Position numbers and translations under genes: made by a program. From Octopus sinensis (Eukaryota), in NCBI RefSeq assembly GCF_006345805.1, contig NC_043008.1:58218001-58282000 (forward strand): 64,000 bases of DNA. Reading direction: 5' to 3'. The notes under the pieces were generated by a model. It saw only the letters and a list, made by a program, of their open reading frames with translations, was not told the DNA's origin and did no database searches. Shown here piece by piece: positions 11,815 through 24,053 of the stretch (position 1 is its first letter; every line of letters begins with the position of its first letter).

Positions 11815-12517
11815 TAGTGCATATATACAAACACACATACATACATACATACATACATACATACATACATACATACATACATAATACATACATACATACA
11901 TACATGCATATATATATATATACGCACATATACACATACATATATATACACACATATATATACACATACATATATATACACACATATATATACATACATA
12001 CATATATATATATATATAATATGAACATACACACATACATATATATACACACAAACATATATATATATACGCACATATATATATATATACATACATATTT
12101 ACACGCTTATATATTTTCATATATATGTACGCATGTGTGCGCTTCATATGTATATATATATATATACACACACATATATATATATACACATGTATTACTA
12201 TATGTATGTATATATATGTATGTGTGTATGTATGTAGATGTATAACATATATAATTTTTTAGTGCTTCCTCGTGTATACTTTGATGCATTATTAATTTAA
12301 ATCCGTATGTTCTCTGCGATATATAGAGATCACAAGATGTGAAGACTTATTCTCCTTTCAAATAAATATCAATCTCACAATATCCATCAGGCTATATACA
12401 CATGCATACATATATATACATACACACACGTACTCATACGCATACAGTCATGTATGTAGCATATATAAAAATTAATGCTTATGTATCTGTATATCTCTCC
12501 CTCTTTCTCTCTCTCTT

Positions 12518-12587
<70 letters not shown>

Positions 12588-12670
12588 GTATATACATATA
12601 TGTACAAACATACGTACACTCACACACACGCACACACACAGACAGACACACACATATATATAAAGTTTGG
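11815..12670. repeat. Compound (TACA)n/(TA)n/(CA)n microsatellite block
   Basis: Direct reading. Confidence 0.9.
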
Positions 12671-12749
12671 GGTATAGTACACAGGTGATCTAAAAGACTA
12701 GGTACTCCAGGTAAATGCTGTAAAGATTACTAATACTAGCACTACTACC

Positions 12750-12783
12750 AATGATACTACTACTACTGCTGGCTGCTGCTGCA

Positions 12784-12820
<37 letters not shown>

Positions 12821-12925
12821 ATGATAATAATAATTACAATAGCGATTACGATAACGATAATGACGACAACAACAACAACAACAACAACAATAATAATAAT
12901 AATAATGATAATAATAATAATAATG
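12750..12925. repeat. Compound trinucleotide microsatellite (ACT/AAC/AAT)
   Basis: Direct reading. Confidence 0.9.
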
Positions 12926-13065
12926 GTAACGCTGGTGTTGATATCGATACTAGAAACGACAGCAATAATAACAGCAGTATCACGATCGATTCACCTAATA
13001 TCACCCTAGCCACTACCAGCACTAACTCATCTCTCTCTCCAATTAACCATCGTAGAACTGATAAA

Positions 13066-13557
13066 TGCAACTGCAGTTCCGAGACTGACTGACCGCTGCA
13101 AGCGCAATGCAGAAGATTCAACGGGATATACCGATGCACCGTTCACAATATGGTAAATAACTCCTGTAACTACTAAATTGGTCCTAGCACCAATTTTAAA
13201 CGAAGGTACTATGCACATCTAACCTCCTTTTAATATAAGAAGAATAGGAATTTCACATCACTAGCCAGCCACGTACAACATCTAAATAATAGAAAAATAC
13301 AATATAGACTTTCCTGGGCCATAATAGACTCTGGTATCCTATATCAGGGCCAGCACTCCATTTGTGGACTCTGCTTACAAGAAGCCCTCAAAATTTTAAC
13401 TCACAACTCACCATAATTGCTTTACAAACACAACGAAGTCTTCACCACGTGTAAGCCCAAATTCTTCTGCACTTTTAAATTCTTTCATAGATTTAAATGT
13501 AAGCTCACCCCCACGAATAGCGCCCACATACAAGCCACCATGACCATTAACACATAG
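13066..13557 (+). pseudogene. Decayed GIY-YIG endonuclease of a Penelope-like element (Cys-rich linker, Neptune-like)
   Basis: Frame +1, four internal stops, no frameshift: CNCSSETD*PLQAQCRRFNGIYRCTVHNMVNNSCNY*IGPSTNFKRRYYAHLTSF*YKKNRNFTSLASHVQHLNNRKIQYRLSWAII...ICGLCLQEALKIL...LLYKHNEVFTTC. GIY at 13123-13131. Confidence 0.88.
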
Positions 13558-14445
13558 CCCTCTATATCTTTTCTATCTCTCCTATATCTATATCTCTTAT
13601 TTCTACCGTATCTCCTATATCTCTTCTGTCTACCTTACGTTATCACTTTATGAGATAAATATTATTAATCTTTAATTTATCATTTATCCTTTATTTTTAA
13701 ACCTTAACCAAATAAATCCCATAATATCTAACCCTCACTTAACTAACATTAATTAAGTGGGAGTTAGAAGTAGATATATTAATTAGATAATAACTTAACA
13801 TTCAACTAGCTCCTCCATTCTCGACTACACACTCATAACCCCCATTGCTAAAAATAACTCTACGGCCACAGACCCCAGCCAGAACAGACACAGGTATTTA
13901 CTACCAGATTTCCTCCCCAACACCTATAGACTTTAAGACTACCACATACACCTATTACTCTCTTTAAATCCTTCCATTTTACTCTATTTTTAAAACCTTA
14001 TTTTTCTCTACCTCCTCCTCATTCTCTCATCTTCTCGGCTACCCTGTACACAATTCTTAGAGACCATAAGCCTACACACCTTAGTTTATCCTCTGGCTAA
14101 TCCTTAAATATCCCCTTCACTCTATCTATCCCTCCTATTTATTTCCTTTTCTTTCTTTTACCACTTAATAACCATCTCCGCTACCGTTCTGTTATTGAAC
14201 GTTGATATGCTCGTGTCTTTTTTTCTCTGGATGTTTACTATATCAGGAGTTTAACCCAGATGAATCTACGCAGGATTGCACCTAAGGACTCATGCTCTGG
14301 TGTCTATAACTTCGGAAAGTTGAACTATAAACTTTTATGCTTATTTTCCCTTCTCTCTCTCCATCTCTTTATTCCTTTACTCCCTTCTTCTATGTCGTCA
14401 TCTCATTAATATATATCATTTTCTTTTCTCTATTTTCCCCTATTT

Positions 14446-14501
14446 GTCTCTGGTGACGGAATATCCCATACTTGGGGATATCCCAGAAACAGCTGTAAGA
14501 C
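14446..14501 (+). ncRNA. Minimal type-I hammerhead-like motif (PLE pLTR type)
   Basis: GTCT-CTGGTGA-c-GGAATATCCC(ATACTTG)GGGATATCCC-a-GAA-ACAGCTGT-A-AGAC; core carries A6>G. Same family as 35979-36026 and 36712-36762. Confidence 0.65.
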
Positions 14502-14728
14502 TTTGAATGTTTTTCAATAATATTATTGCATAGAACTTGAGCTGTTTGCCTTGCCTTAATGCCTGTTGTCCTCTTTAACAATTATATATATATATATAAT
14601 ATAATAATAAGAGTAAATAATTTCTATAATGGTTTTTAAAAAGACCACAATTATTTACTGGTAGAATTCGGTATGTAAATATAGCCGATTAACGGTAGGA
14701 ACTTCTGTAAAGTTCAGTATATATATTG

Positions 14729-15282
14729 TATATAAGAAAAAGGGACAGGCAACAGGTTGCTTGACCGCATACCGAAAAATTAGAAATAGCAGTCAAGACT
14801 GTTTATTTCTATTTTCTACAAGTGGGGCTCCACACACGACATACCCTGTAATTCACATATGCAAAACAGAAGGAATAGATAACGAATACAAAATCTGGCG
14901 GTTATCTGCGAACATCATGTTTCTGGATTATAAACATATTGAATATATATTTCATATATATTTTTAATATATATTTCATATATATTGCATATATATTTCA
15001 CATCCGTCTTCAGTGCAGCTTTCCATTGAAATAGATTTATCAAATGCTACGTACCTCGAACTTTCTGACCATGCGACATCAAAATAGTTGAAGAAAGCGA
15101 GCATAGGCTAAACCTAAATAGACATTTGAATTCGTAAATCTTCCCTCCAAAGTTTTGCCATGCGCATTACAAAAATAGTTCCATAGGAGTAGCCCCACTT
15201 GTAGAAAATAGAAATAAACAGTCTTGACTGCTATTTCTAATTTTTCGGTATGCGGCCAAGCAACCTGTTGCCTGTCCCTTTT

Positions 15283-15290
<8 letters not shown>
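14729..15290. mobile_element. MITE-like element with ~101-bp inverted repeats in TA context
   Basis: 14729-14829 is the reverse complement of 15191-15290 (about 1 mismatch + 1 indel seen). Confidence 0.75.
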
Positions 15291-15334
<44 letters not shown>

Positions 15335-15624
15335 ATGTAAAACATGATATATTTAAGAACAAGAAACATTAAGTAATAGTACTGCATCAATGGTGTACAA
15401 TTAGATATGCATTTGTTTTAAAGAAGAATTGACTGTAACTTCGAATTTTCGTCGCAAAGTTTAATCGATACGTTTCGGAGTGATACTTCATTTGCCAAAT
15501 CACTTAATTTGCAATCATGTAATAGAACTGAAAGAATTATAACACGGAAAATTCTTTTAGTACACAGAGAAAAAAAACCCATTAGATTCACACTTCGTTT
15601 ATTTCTGAAGCCGTCGTATTGTTG

Positions 15625-15841
15625 GATTCAAATTTTAGCACAAGACCAGCAACTTCAGAGAATGTGGTAAATCCATTACAGCAACCCCAGTACTTAACTG
15701 GTACGTATTTTATCGACCATGAAAGGATATGAAAGGCCAAGTGAACCTCTGTGGTATTTGAACTCAGAATGTAAAGACGAACGAAATGATGCTAAGCATA
15801 TTTGCATGTCGTATTTACGATTCTGTCAGCTCACCGACTTA
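15625..15841 (-). mobile_element. Old SINE family C monomer
   Basis: Reverse complement of head, core and monomer tail. Confidence 0.8.
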
Positions 15842-16534
15842 AGCCGTCGTAATATTCGTGAAATATCTGGATCAATTAAAACAGGGGTTTCCTAACCCTG
15901 GACTGCAGACTAGTACGGGCTGTAGATCATTCGCTCTTGGACATGCAGAAAGAATAAGTTCTAAAACTGTATTTCTATTTTATTGACTATCGAAGTCTGA
16001 AGAGTATTGTTGCATTATATATGTATTATATACGCATTATATTTATAATAATTAAATTGTATATTATCTACTTCATTATCTTTTGTCATGCGTATGATTC
16101 GCTGGTCAAATTGTCTTGCATGAAATCGGTCCAAGGTGCAACCCCCCCCACCAAAACAAAAAAAAAAGAAGACATGATTGGATGACTGGGAACCGCTGAT
16201 CTAAGGAATTACTCGCATATTTTGGAAATTTGAATCCTAATGGGTTATTAAAGACCTTAGAATTTCCTCTTCTTTCTTTCTTTCTTTCATTCTTTCTTTC
16301 TTTCTTTCTTTCTTTCTTTCCTTCCGTTTTTGCTGAATTTTCAGACATATAGGTCTGCTGCATAATTGTCGGTTGTCTTTTGACATCTCATAAATTCGAT
16401 TCTTCAGGGTGCGCATGTAAATTTCTGTTTCATTATTACATTTCCTCCATGTTTTCCTTTCCCCTTCTTTTGTCATTGCGGTTTATCGTTGTCTGGCATG
16501 TGGGAACTTCTTTCCATAGATATAGAACTTATAT

Positions 16535-16920
16535 TTGAAATAATCCTTTCTACGATAGGCACAAGGCCTGGACTTTGTGGGGAGGGGGATAGTCGATCAC
16601 ATCGACCTCATTGCGTAACTGGTACTTATTTCTCCGACTTCATGAGGATGAAAGGCAAAGTCGACCTTGGCCGAATTTGAACTCAGAACATAAAGAGAGA
16701 TGAAATACCTATTTCTTGACTACCCACAAGGGGCTAAACACAGAGAGGACAAACAAGGACAGACAAACGGATTAAGTCGATTACATCGACCCCAGCGCGT
16801 AACTGGTACTTAATTTATCGACCCCGAAATGACGAAAGGCAAAGTCGACCTCGGCGGAATTTGAAATGCGGCTACGCATTTCGCCCGGCGTGCTATCGTT
16901 TCTGCCAGTTCGCTGCCTTA
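16535..16920 (-). mobile_element. SINE family C dimer (young unit + old unit with monomer tail)
   Basis: Junction GAAATACCTATTTCTT at ~16702-16717; the left unit is more diverged. Confidence 0.88.
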
Positions 16921-16999
16921 CGTATGTTAGATATTAAGGCATACAATATTAGTTTACTGAATTTCGATTCTTGTTAAGTCAATGTATTTAACCTTATGA

Positions 17000-17798
17000 T
17001 AAACAATTCGCTAGTTAGGACCACCTCTTCAAAGAAAATCGGGATACCAGGGCCTTCTAGTTAACTACCAGTTTCCAAACCTAATTCCATCTCTTGTCAT
17101 CACACGCGAACTCTTCTTCCACTCCTGTCAGTTATATCTTCTTCAGAAGCCCTTCCTTACTTGGGACTCTGTGGGGGAACCACAGGAAAGACTAGTGTGG
17201 AAGATAGGAGGGATTAATCCTGATTACATGCCCAAGACACTTGATTCTCCAGTTGGCTCCCAACTGACTTAGAGTGCATGAGAGCTTTGATCTTCGTTAT
17301 ACTTCCAGGCTGGTGACACAGTCTCTACGCAGTGTGACGTATCATACGCAAGCATATTAGTTTGAAAATGTTCAATTTCCTATCTAGTACCATAGTCAGA
17401 GGCTATAGCTTACTTTAATTTTGAGAAGATTAAAGAAAATGATGCTGGACAACAGCTCGAAAACTGGATTTTCATCTTCTATTGATGTAAATTTTCCGGA
17501 TTCTTAATTCGAGAAAGTGACTATTAGCTTTACTAATCCTGATGTTAACTTCTTTCTCTAATCTCAATTACAACTGATGCTATTACCAAGGCACGTCTTT
17601 GCATTCTTCCAGATGTTTGTATTCTATATAGATCTAGATTTTTTTCTGTGTTTGTGTGGTAAATAGCTTGTTTACCTACCACATGGTTCCAGGTTCAGTC
17701 CCACTGCGTGGCACTTGGGCAAGTGTCTTCTACTATAGCCCCGGGCCGACCAAAGCCGTGTGAGTGGATTTGGTAGACGAAAACTGAAAGAAACCCGT

Positions 17799-17866
<68 letters not shown>

Positions 17867-19615
17867 TATATGTGTGTGTGTGTATGTTTGTCCCCCCAAT
17901 ATTGCTTGACAACCGATGCTGGTGTGTTTACGTCCCCGTAACTTAGCGGTTCGGCAAAAGAGATCGATAGAATAAGTAATAGGCTAATAAAGAATAAGTC
18001 CTGGTGGTCGATTTACTCGACTAAAGGCGGTGCACCAGCATGGCCACAGTCACATGTCTGAAACAAGTAAAAGAGTAAAAGAGAGAATATTGTCCACACT
18101 CATTACTTTGCTTATTCAATGCTAATAATTAGACCTACTTTTTTATTTATTGATACTAGGTGAGATGTTGGTAATTTCTTTGCATTCCTATTTTCGTCTT
18201 CAGGCAATATACGCTAAGTCTAATATGAGCTCAAGTCTAATATTGTTCCGCACGAGTCCATATAAGGATCTAGTGACTTCTGTATTATATAATCAGCATC
18301 AAGCTGGAGCTAGACTGCATTGAAAAGAAGTCACTGTCACCTGTCTCTTTTCATATACATTTCTAATTTAAGCAAAAATTCTTAATGATATTAACATGCT
18401 TCTCAGGAATATTACATCATCGTGAGACATTCCATGAAATCTCTTTATAGATGCTGTCAAACGCCTTCTTATAATCTACAAAGATAAGGATCAGACTGTT
18501 ATGCTGGTCGGCTGAGAATATTTTTCTCGATAATATACCCCCCCTGACAAAAATTTGGTTTGCACAAGATGTGTGTTTTCTGGAGCCAGCTGGATTTCCC
18601 CTAAGATGGCTATGTCAGACTTCAATCTGTTTTACTTGTGAAAGAAAGTATTTCGATACCTCTCTGATCATTATACTGAGAGAAGTTCCCTTCGTAGTTA
18701 CATGTCCCCAAGTATTAGGTTCACAATTATTCCCCCATTTATTATTAAACAGCTTTAGGCATTGAGCATATTTCAATAACTTCGCACTAAATTAATTTCC
18801 ACAAGTCGCTTTATTGTTCTTTAGTTGTATGATCATCCTATTAATCTCTTCAATGGGATTAGTATTAACCAGAATGAGATCATGATTGTTGCATTTTGTA
18901 TCATTAAACTGTAGGACTTCGGTTAGGTTGGAAGATTTAACACGGGCTCAAAATGTCCTTTCTGATGGTTCTGAATTTCTCCGATGCCATTGAGAGTTCT
19001 TCTGTTTTTGTCTTTCACTGGTATGTTATTCCTATTTGCACATTCTGCAACTTCCGTTGTTAATCTAAGCAATGCTTTGCTATCATTTTTCACAGCTGCT
19101 TCTCGGGCGATTTTTGTAATTTTCTCCAATTAATTTTGCAACCAAGATTTACTTCTTTATCTTTAGAGTAATATTGGCAATATATAAGTAATTATAAGTA
19201 TTCCTTGCTTTGTCAGTTTTCTTTTCAGCGATCTTTTCATCAATGAGTTTCCAGCTATCAGATTATTTCCAAACTTCTTCTTGTTGCTTTGTAATTCAAA
19301 GTCCTCAGTGTCATTTAAAATTTCAACCTTGTTATTTAGTTCTAATCTAAATACATTGATGATGTTTCTGTATTTTAGCTTGTAATGTCAAAAGGTTTTG
19401 GTCTTTCGGATTTCTTTACCGTTTAAAGTTTGAGCTTAACCTTGCCAATAATAAATTGGTGAACTGAGGTAGGAGATAGCTGAACCGCTGTTCGAACATC
19501 ATGTACAGCAGATTTTCATCCTTTGCTAATGTAGAAAAACTCTATTTCATTTGAGGTCCTACCATCAAATGAACTCCATGTATATTTATGAGTTCTTTTA
19601 TATTTGAAGCATGAA
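17000..19615 (-). mobile_element. Decayed RTE-clade LINE (linker, RT, C-terminus), interrupted by a family B SINE
   Basis: Minus-strand peptides: KSERPKPFDIT; AREAAVKNDSKALLRLT..NIPVKDKN..KGHFEPVLN (ORF 18923-19129); LIFVDYKKAFDSI; EVNIRISKANS; LGHVIRINPSYLP. Many stops and frameshifts. Confidence 0.88.
17646..18086 (+). mobile_element. SINE family B
   Basis: Matches 5499-5902, with an expanded internal (TA)n; inserted in the RTE remnant. Confidence 0.9.
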
Positions 19616-19620
19616 TTAAT

Positions 19621-19790
19621 AGGCGCAGGCGTGGCTGTGTGGTAAAACGCTTGCTTCCCAACCACATCGTTCAGGATTCGGTCCCAGTTTGTGACACCTT
19701 GGACAAGTGTCTTCTAATTTGGCCTCAGGCAACCCAAAACCTTGCGAGTGGATCATAACCCTGTCCTGTATATTTTCGTCACTCTTACAC
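19621..19790 (+). mobile_element. SINE family B, 5' part
   Basis: AGGCGCAGGCGTGGCTGTGTGGTAA...ACCTTGGACAAGTGTCTTCTA. Confidence 0.8.
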
Positions 19791-20456
19791 TTCGCGATGC
19801 AGACCTTTACAAACACAACCGCACAGATTTGTACACACATACGCACACACATACACACATATGTGTGCGTGTAGTATATGTATATTAATACACACGTATG
19901 CTTATATATTTGAATGTGCATTTGTGTCAGTGTACGTCTGTATGAAGCTATGTTAGCATATGTTAGTGTTTGTGTGCTTTTCATCCGTATTTGTATGTAT
20001 GTTTACCTCTGTTCCTGTCGGTGTATTTATGTCGTTAAATAACCATGAATTTCAAGATGTCTGTATATACATAAGTATGTATATGTCTCTACAGCGTGTC
20101 GGTGTATAAATGTGTATCAGCCATCATTATATGTGGGTGTATATTGATGTGATATTACGTTTAATGTAATTCCATCTACAACTGAAATCTCTATTTAATC
20201 AAGAGTAATTTTTCTACATCATGGCTTCCTCTTATATTCAATGAATGTCTGTTACGTGTCTATTTTGAAATCTTTGATGTGCAAAAGAAGTCATCCTAAA
20301 CTTAATCGATATACTTACACTTACTCTCACTGAAAGAGTACCTCTATCCTTAGAAGGTAATACTATGGGAAGTAGTTTCTCACTATTGGAAATAGTTTCT
20401 TTCGCTATGTGTAACAAAGTTTTAAAATCCATCTTTTTAAATATTAGACAAAGCAA

Positions 20457-20853
20457 AGGCGGCGAGCTGGCAGAATCGTTAGCACGCCGGGCGAAATGCT
20501 TAGCGGTATTTCGTCTGTCGCTACGTTCTGAATTCAAATTTCGCCGAGGTCGACTTTGCCTTTCATCCTTTCGGGGTCGATTAAATAAGTACCAATTACG
20601 CACTGGGGTCTATATAATCGACTTAATCCGTTTGTCTATCCTTGTTTGTCCTCTCTGGGTTTAGCCCCATGTGGGTAGTAAAGAAACAGGTATTTCGTCT
20701 GCCGTTACGTTCCGAGTTCAAATTCCGCCGAGGCCGACTTTACCTTTCATCATATCGGAGTCGATGAAATAAGTACCAGATGAACATTGGGGTCGATTTA
20801 ATCGACTAGTACCCACCCCGTAACTGCTAGCCTTGTGCTAAAATTTGAAACCA
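20457..20853 (+). mobile_element. SINE family C dimer ending in monomer tail
   Basis: Head at 20457, junction AAAGAAACAGGTATTTCG at ~20680-20697. Confidence 0.9.
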
Positions 20854-21420
20854 AGGCCCAAAAATTTTGGGGAAGGGGACCAGATAATTAGATCTACCCC
20901 AGTATGCAAGCAACTGGTACTTAATTCATCGACCCTGACAGGATGAAAGGAAAAGTCGACCACGGCGGAATTTGAACTCAGAACGTAGCGGCAGACGAAA
21001 TACCTATTTCTTTACTACCCACAAAGGGCTAAACACAGAGAGGACAAACAAGGACAGACAAACGGATTAAGTCGATTATATCGACCCCAGCGCGTAACTA
21101 GTACTTATTTAATCTACCCCGAAAGGATGAAAGGCAAAGTCGACCTCGGCGGAATTTGAACTCAGAACGTAGCGGCAAACGAAATACCTATTTCTTTATT
21201 ACCCACAAGGGGCTAAACACAGAGGGGACAAACAAGGACAGACATAGGTATTAAGTCGATTACATCGACCCCAGTGCGTAACTGGTACTTAATTTATCGA
21301 CCCCGAAAGGATGAAAGGCAAAGTCGACCTCGGCGGAATTTGAACTCACAACGTAACGCAGACGAAATACCGCAAAGCATTTCGCCCGGCGTGCTAACGT
21401 TTCTGCCGCCAAACGAAATA
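20850..21420 (-). mobile_element. SINE family C trimer, tail-to-tail with the preceding array
   Basis: GAAATACC recurs at 20997, 21181 and 21364 (~183-bp period). Confidence 0.9.
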
Positions 21421-21779
21421 CCGCTAAGCATTAATGAAGTCCTATAAAATGCTAGGGTATAATATGAGGCAGGTTTAGCTACTATTACTAGCATGCCACA
21501 AATCACTTGGTGGTTTTCTGATTGGTCTGTAAGTAAGAAACGTATTTAAATATGTCGAATATCGTAGCGAATGAGATAAGTTGTAAGCGAAGGACGATGG
21601 CTGCCTGGTTTCGATTTCAGGTTAATCGTAGCTCGATATTATGATTTACGTTGCACTCTCCTATGAAAAGTATATGAACGTAATAATCCCTGTTTCCTTC
21701 ACGAGAAATATTAAATAAACATTTTACTTTAAATAACTATTATGTTAACAGGGTTTCGTTTCACTGGTATAGTCTGTCT

Positions 21780-22168
21780 GTGGAAGCGCAATGGCCCAGT
21801 GGTTAGGGCAGCGGACTCGCGGTCATAGGATCGCGGTTTCGATTCCCAGACCGGGCGTTGTGAGTGTTTATTGAGCGAAAACACCTAAAAGTTCCACGAG
21901 GCTCAGGCAGGGGATGGTGGTGATCCCTGCTGTACTCTTTCACCACAACTTTCTCTCACTCTTACTTCCTGTTTCTGTTGTACCTGTATTTCAAAGGGCC
22001 GGCCTTGTCACTCTCTGTGTCACGCTGAATATCTCCGAGAACTACGTTAAGGCTACACGTGTCTGTGAAGTACTCAGCCACTTACACGTTAATTTCACGA
22101 GCAGGATGTTCAGTTGATTCGGATCAACCGGAACCCTCGTCGTCGTAACCGACGGAGTGCTTCCATCC
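21780..22168 (+). mobile_element. tRNA-headed SINE, body A + tail T2
   Basis: GGAAGCGCAATGGCCCAGTGGTTAGGG head; tail ...GTCGTAACCGACGGAGTGCTTCCATCC. TSD ATAGTCT(G/A)TCT at 21769-21779 and 22169-22179. Confidence 0.92.
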
Positions 22169-22172
22169 ATAG

Positions 22173-22220
<48 letters not shown>

Positions 22221-22222
<2 letters not shown>

Positions 22223-22400
22223 ACATACATATGAGAGGGATGACCACTATGTGGACAACCCTTATGCTAGAAGTAGATCCGCAATGGTCTTACCACTAAG
22301 GAATGTTCTCAAGAAAATTCCTTAGTGGTAAGACCATAGCGGATCTACTTCTAGGACAAGGGTTGTCCAAATAGTGGTCATCCCTCTCATATTTATGTAA
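22221..22400. repeat. 180-bp near-perfect palindrome
   Basis: 90-bp arms, ungapped, 8 mismatches counted by hand, centre 22310/22311; TA on both flanks. Confidence 0.95.
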
Positions 22401-22509
22401 TACAATTTACTGAACCTACAGATTTTTATATGCTAGACCACTGATTTTAAATTGATGTTAATCAAATTAATATCCAATTTTCATCCTTATTTTAAATTTA
22501 AAATTTAAA

Positions 22510-22553
<44 letters not shown>

Positions 22554-22564
22554 CACACGCATAT

Positions 22565-22712
22565 AAGCGTGACTCTTTTGGAAGAAGTTTGCTTTGCTTC
22601 CCAGTTGGTTCCGAGTTCGGTCCCACTCTGTGGAATCTTTGGCAAGAGTCTTCTACTATAGCCGACCGAAGCCTTGTGTGTTGATTTAGTAGACTAAAAC
22701 TGAAATAACCCT
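22565..22712 (+). mobile_element. Degenerate SINE family B, 5' half
   Basis: GTTCGGTCCCACTCTGTGG..TTTGGCAAGAGTCTTCTACTATAGCC. Confidence 0.7.
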
Positions 22713-22725
22713 ATATATATATATA

Positions 22726-23111
22726 CTAGCAGTATCGCCCGGCGTTGCTCGGGTTTGTAAGGGAAATAACTATAAAGCATTTTTAGAGAGTTATAGCCAA
22801 AAAATAGCAAAAAAATGGAAAAAAAATGATGGTAAATTTTTTTTTTGAGAGTTAAAAAGGTCGAGTTGCGTCCCCTAGACAGTCTGTGGTTTGTGTTTCT
22901 GATTTTCGACCCCATGTCGAATTTATCGATTTCTTTCAGAACTGGGAGAACTTTTCAAAATTTTCGCTGCGTTAGTTTTGAATTATGACATTGGGCTATG
23001 TGTGTGTCAAGTTTCATCAGAATCGGTTGAAAGCCGTGGTCAGGGTGAGGGTACAACCTAACAGACACACAGACACGCAGACAGACAAACTGCCGTTTAT
23101 ATAGAGAGAGA
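22726..23111 (-). mobile_element. Non-autonomous Helitron
   Basis: Minus strand A|TC...CCCGAGCAACGCCGGG hairpin...CTAG|T; 3' end shared with 46241-46627. Confidence 0.8.
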
Positions 23112-23967
23112 TATATATACACACACACAGACAGACAGACAGACAGACACACACACACATACATACATACATACATACATACATACTACATACATACATA
23201 CATATAGTATTCCTTTGTTCTTTTTGCCTACTTGAACAAATCGAGTATCGATGTTTCCGAGATATATGTCCGAAAGTCAATATTTTAATTTTTATGAACT
23301 CAGTTCCAGATGCCGCAATCGCTGGTCATACTCTGTCCTGTATACCTTCGAGAATAGTCAGTCAGAAACTTTAGAAATTTGACCATGCTTTAGACGTCTT
23401 TTCAAAAGTACATTGTCTAATAAACTTTTGAAATGCAATTAAAATGTAAATGTCGCTAACGATAGTTTATCACTATTTCCTCTAGAATATATTTTCGTCA
23501 AGATTTGAATTATTTGCATTATTTTAAAATATTTATGAGTTATAGTATCTCTAAATTCCGCCGAGGAACAAAAGCAGTGTATTGTTCTGATTAGCCTCAT
23601 AGACATATTATCAATAATTTAGTTCATTCTTCTGGAAATTGTTTTACCAAATATGGCTTCAATAATTACAGTGTTCTGGCGTATCTTGGGAGTGTTTAAA
23701 TAACTCTCTCTCACCCCTTCCCTTTCTTGTTCTCTGTCTAACTATTTATCTGTTAGTCTGTCTTTCTGCCTGTCAGCTTTTCTTTCTCTCCCTCCCTTCC
23801 TCTTTCTCTCTTGCAGAGTAACACAGGTGTTGTGACCATAAGCAATCAATGCATTTATTAAATCTAGCGTTAGCTTTTGTTTATCGTTTTTAATCAAATA
23901 TAATACACACATAAATACACAGACACACACACACACATATATAATATATATATATATATAATATATA

Positions 23968-24053
<86 letters not shown>

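Larger units (their letters stand above)
13066..14580 (+). mobile_element. 3' portion of a Penelope-like element (EN + pyrimidine-rich UTR/pLTR with HHR)
   Basis: GIY-YIG remnant followed by ~900 bp UTR and the HHR-like motif at 14446-14501. Confidence 0.75.

Noticed and set aside
12751-13092. 113-aa ORF with apparent signal peptide and poly-T/poly-N
   Set aside because: Trinucleotide repeats running by chance in frame into the dead PLE linker; it ends at the Cys>TGA mutation.
14255-14290. Second HHR in the PLE UTR (CCAGATGAATC...GATT)
   Set aside because: Core is mutated and GAAA/stem III are absent.
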